A stretch of 64,000 bases of DNA from Takakia lepidozioides (lineage: Eukaryota > Plantae > Bryophyta), in the NCBI GenBank assembly GCA_030704615.1, contig CM060732.1:64046001-64110000 (forward strand), in the 5' to 3' direction. The position numbers and the translations under genes were made by a program. Below the pieces are notes generated by a model. That model searched no databases and was not told the origin of the DNA. It saw only the letters and a program-made list of their open reading frames with translations. Below are positions 51,120-61,414 of this stretch, in pieces; the first letter of the stretch is position 1; each line of letters opens with the position of its first letter.

Positions 51120-51965
51120 TAAGCAAGGTCATGGTGGAGAGGCATTTGAACTCTCTGAACGTAATGTGGTCGGACTTCACCCCCTCCCACATCAACTGCT
51201 CATAGGTCTCCAAAACTTGCAATCCCCGCCCCTGTTGCGCATGTCCTGCGATAATCACTTTCCACAACACCACATTTTGCTCAGCCATATTGTTGAACAC
51301 TCCCTATCTAGAAGGGTATTCATGTTCAGAATGACATCTACCACAATTCCAGCTTTGACGATGCAACCATGGACCTCTTTGCCCTTCTCCAACAGGCTCG
51401 CACATGCACTACAAACACAAACAAACGTAATGTGCTCGGGCTTCACCCCCTAGACCCACATCATTTGCTCATAGGTCTCCAAAACCCGCAATCCCCGCCC
51501 ATGTTGTGCATGTCCTGCGATCATCACGTTCCACCACACCACATTTCGCTCAGCCATATTGTTTAACACTCCTTGTCCACAAGGGAATGCTCCCACGTTT
51601 GGCATACATGTCGACGAGGTATTGTTACATCTGGTACAGTTCCAGCTTTGACAATGTCACGATGGACCTCTTTGCCCTTTACCAAGTCTCCAGGGCTGCC
51701 AGGTTTGCACATGCATTGCAAACACAAATGAACGTGACCCGGTCAGGCTGCACCTCTTCTCAACATTTGCTCATATGTCTCCAATGCCCTCATCCCGCAC
51801 ACATGCTGGCCATATCTTGCGAGATTCAGCGTGTTCCTTGAGACAACATCTTGTTCAGCCATGTTATCAAACTCTCCCTTCGCAACTTCATAGGTCTCCA
51901 AAGCCTCCATCCCACGTCCCTGTTGTGCATACCCTGCAAGCATCGCACTCCACGACACTACATCT
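51120..51965 (-). pseudogene. Decayed PLS-class PPR gene (several frameshifted P/L/S motifs)
   Basis: RDVVSWSAMLAGYAQQGRGMEALETY, FDNMAEQDVVS, KPEHITFVCVCSACASL..GKEVHGCIVKAG, DMYAKRGS, FNNMAEQNVVLWKVIIAGHAQQG. Confidence 0.85.
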
Positions 51966-53049
51966 CGGCAAAACGGGCTGAAATAGCTCGAAGAAGAAGG
52001 TGCCCTCACCACATTGTCCTCTACCTTGTGTCATGACCCATTGCGGATTAGACTGACCATGAACCCAAGAAGACCTCTTGTGCGTGCTGCTTGTATCTCT
52101 AGTCAGGTAATGTGGGATTGGTTCGTAAGAACCACCACGGTGCAGCTGAGCGGGCAGAGATTAAAATATGGGTTGCTAAGACCAAGCTGATTCCCCCAAG
52201 AACCTTGTGATCATCAGGAAGAATACCAAATCATGGTACAAAGGGGAGCCAAGAGCCCACATTTGCACATAATGCGCCCTTGACGCCATAAACGCTTGCA
52301 ACAACAGGACATGGGCCTCGATTTGGTCTTCGTCCTTCTCGCATCACTTGTTCGTCTCTCTCTCAAGCCTCCATCCCTCTCCCAACACTTAGACAAATTC
52401 AGGCAAAGGACAAAGTTACTCTTCCACCCTTAGATCATTTTACATCCGACGATTAGAACAATCTCTACGAGCCACACAAGCCCTAAAATACATTAAAATA
52501 TTCCACGTCATGAGCCATGTGGAGCACTTATAAAAATTCCATTTTTGAATAGGGTGTGCAATGAATGCCTAGTTGTTAAGAGTCGTTCTCTAGTGCTTAA
52601 AACCACTTGTAATTGCTGTTTTTTTTTTTGAAAAAAAAACAATTTACGTAATTGAATTAAATCGCCGCGAATATTGTGCCGACTGCGGAGTCATTGATGC
52701 AACTTCTATCCGCCATTAGAAATGTGAATTTATCCGTTACGACTGTGCAGTAGTAACAAACATCTCAAAGTTGTTCCCTCAGTGGTTTTGGACATGCAGT
52801 CGATTCGGAAAAGACACGAATGCTTCTAGTGTTGTATTTACTCCTGATAAGTTCATCTGGGCTATGTCCGTGATACACTCTGTGTTTCTTTGCGGTTCTT
52901 GTCTCTCTCCTTCTGTGCTCTTGTTGTATCTCTCATTTCATTGTGGTCTTGTAGGCATACTCGCTTGTTGCAAGGTTGTCTTCTGGAGTAGTGCTCGTTC
53001 CTGCATATCCCTGCAGTGTTCTTTCTTTAGTCTACGTTGTGTTACAGTT

Positions 53050-54670
53050 ATCGATTTTGTACCTCGGCCTCATTTGGATCTATTTTGAAACATATTTGTA
53101 GCCCGAGGCAATGGCAGGATCCCAGGCTCGTGTTATCATGTTGTTGCAGCGAGCCCTCCATGCAGTTGCTCCAATGGAGTTGCTGGAACTTAGGCTGTAC
53201 ATACTCTCGAAGATAGAGTCTTACTAGGGGCAAGACAAGGCATGGAAATATCACATGGTTGGGGAGGTGCGTTATATCACAATAGAGCTGGCTGCCCTGG
53301 AGTTCGCGTATATGTACAATGGACGTGGAAGAACAGATGGCGGTGGTACTTGCTCATATGTATCTAGGGTTTGTAGATACAATTGTTTTCAGGACAATCA
53401 AGCAATTGTCTTCCAGGTATGATTGCGGAACGAGGGTGGAGTGGGGATACCACATCTCCATGACGGAGCCTTGCGTGGACAAGTTTGTTCAACTACTCCC
53501 CTTAAGCATGCAGAATAATGTAGTGATAGATGCTTCCGAAGAACCCCTGGAGTGATACAGGGGTGGTAGTGCTACATATATACAGTGGCAATGTCAAAAC
53601 AATGAAAGTTCCATTGCGGTGTTATGGACCCTACATCTCCTCTGCTGCACATGTTCAAAGTGCATTATGTTTGTGTTCGGTTTGTGCCTTGTGCACATGA
53701 ATTTGTAACGCACTTCCCTGTTTGCAAAAATACTATGTCCGGACTTTGTCACTTGTCTATTACTGTATGTATGTTTTCGTAGGATAGTGGGTGTGAGTTT
53801 GTACTTTATTTCAGAAAACTTCATGTTCCCCACATGTATGTTTTTCCTTGATGTCTTCCCTTGTATATCTTCCCTTCATGCAATGTATGTTTGCACTGAA
53901 ATACCAGCACAAACATGTCCTTCCATTTTTGGAAGAAGGTGGTGCTGCATTGGTGAGCAATGGAAAATCTGCATTAAATTTACTTAACAGACAATCACCC
54001 CTGCAAATACAACGGGTAGTTTTGTTGCTGACGCACCGCACATCTTTCTTGTATGCTTTGCTACTGTACTGAACAGTGTTCAACATACATCTCGTAGTCT
54101 GTTTCGGATTCCAATTTCAGACATTGTCTTCACGTTACACTCATTTTGAACATGCGTCTTTGTTTTCTTCGTTTGCACTTCGCCTGCACCCGTGAGGTGA
54201 CAGGAGCCTCGTCTTGAAGTTTCTTGTGATGACATGCCAAATACTTTGAGCTTTCCAATACGGCACTTTCTCTAAAGTAGTTGTTTTGCATATCATGTGA
54301 CAATGACTTGTCTTTAACAATTTCACCTGTGGCACTCCCTGATTTCGTCATTCCACCAATACAACTATGTTTCTCCATGCTCAATTTTGTTTCCACACTT
54401 AATTGGTTCCTCTTTCAACACACAATGCTTCAAATGCTTCTTTGACTGTGGTTATGGATCTCCCAGTCCATTCATCATCGTTTACCATATATATACTCCA
54501 GAGTTGTCATGCTTGGTGGATGCTACTTTAAGCCTGCCAGCATACTTTCCAGTCAACATGGCTCGTGACAATGCAAATTGTCGTTTCAACACACAAATCG
54601 GTGCTTCTTGTAAGACCATTACAGTGTATATCCCAAAGTTAGACATCATTGCCACAACTTGCAAATGACC
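53050..54670 (-). mobile_element. Heavily decayed DNA-transposon coding relic (degenerate SWIM-like region; possible Ulp1-like protease remnant)
   Basis: YTVMVLQEAPIC..ASTKH..VYIW resembles a SWIM (Y.V...P.C.C..CKH) context. Cys-rich RCVSNKTTRC..CWYFSANIHCMKG. LYCDI..LYLREY..HW..LQQHDN.S resembles the Ulp1 C-terminal half. Many stops. Confidence 0.4.
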
Positions 54671-55125
54671 TTACACATAGCATGGACTATAAACATGGAG
54701 TTACTGGATAGATGGGAACATAAGCACAGTCAATAAGCACAGTCTTTCAAGGTACTTCGCACGGAGGATCGGATGAGGTAGATGTTCTCCATACCTCTCA
54801 CATCATTACTGTGCTGTTTCTTGTTTGAAATTAGGCTGCGTAACATACCACGTACCCCTATTACTTGACTGAACATGTGCAACCTTCACTCTATTCTACC
54901 GGGCACAGTAGACAGTGAACAATATTGTTTGTTGTGCTATCTTTCTTGTAGCAATTTTGTTGTTCACAAGCAATGCAACACAGTTTCAACATGGCCCTAT
55001 TTATCTGTGCACTGCATCACACTCAACAATGGAAATAACAAAAAATAAAACTAAAGCGGGACAAAATATCATTGTGCCCATGTTGCATCATTCCACCTGT
55101 GGCCAAGAGATATGGACATTGTACC

Positions 55126-55893
55126 TCAATCCATCAGTATTGTACGAGGAACATTCATGAGCCTATTTTTTATGCTCTTCCACTCCCACTTCCACTTCCA
55201 CTTCCACTCCCTCCCTAACAACACAGACAAAGCTGGACTGACCCTCAGGGCAGCTAGGTTCTCAGTCACTTCGTCCAAGCCTGTTTTCTCCACAAAGTCT
55301 GTCTTGTCCATCACGAAAACTTCAGTGGGGGTGATGCCCACGGACCAGGGCACAGTCTCTGGTGCTTCTCCAGCATAGAACTGTTCCTTGAAGCGCATGG
55401 TGAATGTGCCCTTCACGAGTAGGCTACTCCCAGCACGATCCAGGCACTTCCTCAGATTGGAAACAGGTGCCTTCTGAAGGACATTGGAGTCATCTGTCTC
55501 CACAACCCAAAAGCTATTCTGCCCCTCCCGAATGTTCACCTCCATCCACACATGCTCCCCCAAAATTCGTGCTCTCTTTGTCCAGTCTACATTGAACCCA
55601 CTGTCCTCACCTGCACTAGCCACCACATTCTATATGGCAAGAGGGACGCCCATGGTGATGTACTAAATGTCATATGATTTGGGGGTATTCCCCTTGTGCA
55701 TGACTACAATGCCATCAAGCCGTACCTCTTTCGCCATCGCAGGCCCGAAAAGTATGCTTGCAAGTAGAGTGTGTGTTCCCACCTTTGTCGGGTGCAGGGA
55801 CTCGAAAATGTCCCTGGCATCCTGCACAGTAACCTGCAGAGTGGAAGCCGAAGCAGCTGAAATGTAAGGCATTTCGTGGGGAGACACCGACAA
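55126..55893 (-). pseudogene. Unknown protein relic (one reading frame with two internal stops), probably TE-borne
   Basis: ORFs 55663-55893 and 55126-55626 are in the same frame, with globular-like composition. No family recognised. Confidence 0.45.
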
Positions 55894-56533
55894 AAGTGGA
55901 AATGACTATAGTTGTAGTGAAGCACAGATGCAATGTAAACAAGTACGCACTTCACAGTGTAGCACTGTAACGTTACAGACCACCGAAGGAGCCAGCGCCT
56001 TAACCGAAAACACACACTCCCGCATAGTCCCAAAAAAAGGTTCGGCAGAGTGGGAAGCACGACAGTTCAGCCTGGGGTTTGAACCCTACGTAGGTCAAAA
56101 CGAAGTTTCAATTTCCGCCACGACCTTCCTCTTCCCCGCCACCTTGTCTTGTGTGACTCCAGCACTTTGTACCAATCGTACATATTGCGTTCCCCTCCTC
56201 GTTCACTCATCAATAACTCTCCTGCTGTGTTTTCATGTTTGCCTTCCCGTTTTTAGATGTTACATCGCACGATTTGTACTGTGTTCCCTTGCTCCACTGC
56301 ATAGCCCACAGGTGACACTGAACATTCAGCACCTATACACGGCCTCGCTGCACTGTATCTCCGTATTGCGCACTTTCTCGATTTGGACCTACTGCTGTAT
56401 TCCGTTGTCTCTATTTGCAGCATTGCGAGTCTAAGTTACAGTATCTTGATCGGGGAGGCACATTGCAGGTTGATCCGATCAAACTATGTTTACTGTTTTT
56501 GTGCTTTCCGCAATGTCTGCATCATGGTAATCT

Positions 56534-56883
56534 GTGTTTGAGGGGACAGCTGTAGTGGGATGCGATGATGGGTTTGTGGGCGACATCAGAGGCTTGGTGG
56601 GGTCTCGGATCTCCTTGCTGGATGCTTTGGTAGATTGGACCAAACCATCGAAAGAGGATGTAATTATCAGGGCCCACAAATCCGTTTCTAGAGTCGCATG
56701 GTGTGGATTCTATGATGAGACGGAGAATGAAGGTGCAAAGCTCCCCAATACTGTGGTGTTGCGCTCTTGCTTCATGTATGCCCCAAATGAAGAGTGGGGG
56801 CCGCATGCGATTGGGCTTGACCCCGCAAAGGAAAACGAGTGTTTCCATGTCTTGACTGTTTTCCAGTGGCTATTTGGGGGTTG
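56534..56883 (+). pseudogene. Unknown ORF truncated by an LTR insertion
   Basis: Open frame of about 115 codons (..VAWCGFYDE..SCFMYAPNEEWGPHAIGLDP..) running directly into TGTAACA at 56884. Confidence 0.45.
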
Positions 56884-57277
56884 TGTAACAGGGTAGAATC
56901 TAGAAGGTTCTAGATGAAGGAGGAAAGTTCCCTAGAAGTTTCCAAAATAACTAGGAAGGTTCCTAAGAAGTTTGACTTAAGGAAGTTTGACTTGAGGCTC
57001 TCAAGTCAAACCTATAAGATATTTATATTATGGAGAGTAGATCAAATGTTTGATAAGGTCATATTGTGGAGAATATGTCAAACCTAGGAAGGTTGACTTT
57101 AAGAAGTTTAGACTTGAGAGTCGTCTCAAGTCAAACCTTTAAAATAATCATATTATGAAAGGTATACCGTATATAAACATGCAAGGAAAGCCTGGAAAGC
57201 CTAGAAAGCATCGAGTTGTTTTGGGAAAAAGTTGAGAAGTACTTCTATTCTAGTTTGTGTAAATCCTGGGTGTTACA
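56884..57277 (+). mobile_element. 5' LTR of Ty3/gypsy element 1 (394 bp)
   Basis: TGTAACA...TGTTACA termini, TATATAAA near 57170, followed by PBS TGGTATTAAAGCC (tRNA-iMet-like TGGTATCAGAGC). Confidence 0.88.
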
Positions 57278-57927
57278 ATGGTATTAAAGCCTAGTCTTTC
57301 TTAAAGTTGGGAGTGAATACCCTCTTTAGGAGGATTCGATTAAGATGTTTCTTTTTAAGAGATTTTTATTGTTAATATCTTTAAGTGTTGAATAGATAGT
57401 AGTGATGGTGCGTCATAACGACAGTATAAATATTTTATGGACTTAAATCAACCTCATTTCCGTGATTTTCCTTCGGAGTGTGAGTTTAAAATTATATGTC
57501 GTCGTAAGGCAGAAATTAGAGATATGATAGTACAAAGATTTGGAGAGGAACAATATCAAGAAGTGTTACAAAATCCACAACCTGTCGTCTTTCCTATAAT
57601 TAGAAATTGGAAGGTATACATATGTGTATATACATAGTTCATGGATCAAGGTAGATATTTTTCGCCTAATTTTTCACCGCCAAATGTATTTAGTATCAAT
57701 GTGCTCGCCATCGACAAACATCATCTTGTAAGATTTTTAGTTGCATAATTTGGAGTAGAATTCATGAACCTTGTCATGAGTTCAAAGTCTCTTTTGTATT
57801 ACCAATAGTCACGTATGGAATGGTTTGGGATTGCACTATTTACATATTGTATTAAGATAAGAAAATAAAGATAGAATACATTAATCTTAAAAAGCAAGCA
57901 CCACGAAGGAAGGAGTAGTGGAGCGAG

Positions 57928-59944
57928 ATGACAGACAATGAAGAAATGGTGGACAACGCACACACTACTCATCAGGCCAATGATCAGACGGTGTGGATAA
58001 TGGAGCGCTTACACGAATTGCAGAATGCTCTTGTCACGACCCAACAACAAAACAACGTGTTGATAGATGAGCTTAAACAAGTGAGACAATCAACCACCCC
58101 GGGACTGGTTGTTGGTGGGTCGGATACATTACTGCAAAAGATGACCAAGACGTGCAAGGTTGAGCCGTATAAAGGAAGTCGCGCCATGGGAGTGCTAGAA
58201 GGATGGATTTCTCGAATGGAGGTACATCTGACATATTTCTTTACATCAAGCGATTTGGACCACGAAATGTTCATACGATCTTTTCTACTCGACAATGCTT
58301 CAACATGGTTACAGACATGGGAGAGAAGACACATTGCAAAATGAGAACTTTTATTATGGAGCACCTTAAAAGTGAGACTGCTCCAACAATTCAAGGCAGT
58401 ATATGCTGTTACAACTACTCGAATGAGATTATGGAATTTCGAACAACACGGGAGTGTGCAAAATTATATTGAAGATTTTTTGAATCTTTAGATCCAAATC
58501 GAAGACATGAATCATGCAGAAGCATTAGACAACTTTAAAAGATGATTGAAAAAAAAAATTCAAGGAGAGATAATTTTACGCAACCCGGTTGATGTCCACG
58601 AAGCAATTTTATTGGCCCAAAAGATTGAGGGGATGCTACCAAGATATGACGAAGGTATACACGTTTCATTGAACCAGTACGGACCAACAACTATGGAGCT
58701 TGGAAATCTTCGAAGATGGGTAACTTCCAACACTCTCAAAGAAATAGGCCGGGAATCAGTGTTTTTATTTCTGGCGAAATTTTGCATTTTTTCGACCTCA
58801 AAAATCAAAATAGAATATTGTGTCTATTTTCTCATGGATGAAATCGCCAAAATTCTCCAAAAAAAATATAAATCTTGGATGAATTCGTCTAATATAGATG
58901 ATATATATGGATGAAATTACAGAGGAGGATGATTCTGTCCAAATTTCAGTGGATGAGCAGAAAATATGGCTATTTCCTGCAAAACTCATTAACCACTCCT
59001 GTTCTTTTTCAAATTTGAAAAAGAAAACACTGTCGGCAATCAGATATGGGGAAGATAACACACAACGGCGAATGAAATTGAATGACAAGGATGTGACCTC
59101 CTCAACATTCTCATGAACAGAAGGACAAAGGGAAACTAGACAATGTTACAACTGTGAAAAATACGGACATCTTGCGGCCAATTGCCGAAGTGGAAGGTAC
59201 AATCAACAAACTTATCGAAGACCTCTTAACAGTTTAAGAAGAGAAGAAGATAACGAACATCACAATGAGCAAGAAAACGACGACAACCAGTAAGTAGACC
59301 TCGCGGTCTTGCTAGTTCTACAAAGAAGAGGAAAGGCGAGGGGCCATACAAGGAGAAAAGACAAATCAATCATGTGTGCAAGAAAGAGACGCAGTTAATT
59401 ATAGCAGACGGAACCTTGGAAGGTATTCATGTGAAAGTATTGATAGACCCTGGGGCAAACAAAAAACTTCTTATCTAGAAAGACTGCCTTGAAACTATGA
59501 CTCCCCTTAGAAAAGGATGAAAGAGAAGAAGTAGAAATGTCAAATGGACATACAGAGGCCATTGAGACACTACCTAAAAGCATAGAGTTGTCGATCGGTA
59601 AATATAAAGAAACCTTAGAATGACGAGTGGTCAGACTGGCTCGATATGACGTAATATTAGGCATGTCTTGGATGGAATCTCACAACCCCGATGTTGATTG
59701 ACGTCGAAAGATAGTCAAAACCCAGAATTGAAAAATATGGGGAGATCGAGTGAGGACACCGTATCGAAACCTACCATCATTTGTGATAGGTACTACAGAT
59801 ATATGTAAGAAAGACGTATTATTTGTAGGTTTAATAAGATACGTGGAAAATCCAAAAAAAGACACGAGTGAGGTCCCTATAGAATTACAGAGTGTATTGA
59901 GTTCAAAGATGTTTTTCTAGATGACCTACCAGCACGGCTTCCCC
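57928..59944 (+). pseudogene. gag-protease of Ty3/gypsy element 1, interrupted before RT by element 2
   Basis: KVEPYKG..WISRME..FLLDNASTW; CYNCEKYGHLAANC knuckle (~59142); VLIDPGANKNFLS protease; YDVILGMSWMESHNPDVD; FKDVFLDDLPARLP then the next LTR. Confidence 0.88.
58757..59032. mobile_element. hAT-type MITE (276 bp) inside the gag of gypsy element 1
   Basis: TIR CAGTGTTTT...AAAACACTG; 8-bp TSD CCGGGAAT/TCGGCAAT (6/8 match). Same termini and TGGCGAAATTT motif as 9697-9982. Confidence 0.75.
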
Positions 59945-60586
59945 TGTCACGGACATAGCCCAGAAGAACTTACCAGGAGTAAATACCAGAAGTTACCAAG
60001 TTACCATGTTACCCAAAGTTACCATGATTTATCATGATTTACCATGATCTACCATTACTTACCAAGTTACCGGGAGTTTACCAAATTATCAAGAGTAACT
60101 TGGGAAACTACTCAGGAGGCTTCATTTGGAAGAAACTTCTCCATCAAGATACCTCTTTTGTTTAAGAAAGCTTCTCCATCAAGAAACCTTTGTTTAATCT
60201 TGGAAACTTCTCCAGCAAGAAACCTCCATAGGGGAAGCTTCTTGGAGAAGCTTCTTAGTAGCCAGTATATATAGGAGGCGAAACTTGACACTCTTCAATC
60301 TCGCCAACACCAGTTCAAGCTACTCTTGTTTCCAGTTCCCACTACTCCAGTCCAGTTCCCAGTACCTTAGCCCAGTTTCCAGTATCTGGTACTTCAGTCC
60401 AGTTTCCAGCATTCCAGTATTCAAGTCGTATTCCAATATCTTGTACTCTTGTTCATTGTTATAAAGATGGTATTGATTCCTATTTACTCATCGTACATTC
60501 GGCCACGCCGACCTTGACTTATTGTCTAGCCTTGTACCTCTAGTCTTATCTCTTGTTTGTGTTCAGTCATGTTCTCGTCCTTGACA
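59945..60586 (+). mobile_element. 5' LTR of Ty3/gypsy element 2 (642 bp)
   Basis: TGTCA...TGACA termini, TTACCA and AGAAACTTCTCC repeats in U3, TATATATA at 60266-73; gag starts 38 nt downstream. Confidence 0.88.
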
Positions 60587-60624
60587 GTTTGGCGAGACTA
60601 AAGTTTGTTCCTTAGTTAGTTAAG

Positions 60625-61410
60625 ATGGAAGGCACATTTGCGGAAATGGTCGCCACATTGCAGAGTCTTCAGCTCCAGATGCAAGAACTTCGTACATCTA
60701 CCGCCCAATTGCAAGCTGATCAATCTCAAGATCTTGGCAACGCTCTCCACAATTTGCAACAACAAATTTCAGAGTTAAAGGAGTCGAACAATGGATCTTC
60801 AACCATACGAGTTCTTACTGCAACAGCTCCTACTGCAATGGTTCATCTTCAACAAATTACGAGAGAACCAAAGATCAACATGCCTGAGAGATTTGATGGG
60901 ACGAGATCAAGATTTCGCGGTTTTGTTCAACAAGTACGACTGTTCCTACGACTATATCCACAACGCTACCCCGATGAAGGTATTCAAGTGGGATTCGTGG
61001 GCATACTTCTATCAGGCACTGCCCTATCTTGGTTTGCACCGCTATTAGAAAAAAATTCGCATTTACTATATAATTTTGAAGCATTCATGTCCGAGTTCAC
61101 TGCAACGTTTGGAGAGAATGATAGAGAGAGAGTTGCAGAAACAAAGATGCGAAATCTTTGACAAGGAGCACGTCATGCTTCCGTTTATGTTGGAGAATTT
61201 TGACAACTTGCGTACGACCTCAACTGGAATGAGAAGAGCCCCATTAGTTAGTTTCGACATGGACTAAAAGATGATGTAAAAGATTTGTTGCTGACAATGT
61301 CAAACGTAAGCACACTAAGTGAATTCATCAGCCAAGTCATTGCATGCGATAATCGTTTGTTCAAAAGACGTCAAGAGAAGCGATCTGGATGGTCGACGAC
61401 GCATCATGCC
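60625..61410 (+). pseudogene. Tf1/sushi(Tcn1)-like gag of gypsy element 2, with stops; interrupted by the next element
   Basis: EPKINMPERFDGTRSRFRGFVQQVRL..YP..VGFVGILLSGTALSWFAPLLE..FMSEF..F..L*QG..YVGEF*QLAYDLNWNE..FRHGLKDDVKD. Confidence 0.88.
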
Positions 61411-61414
61411 ACTG

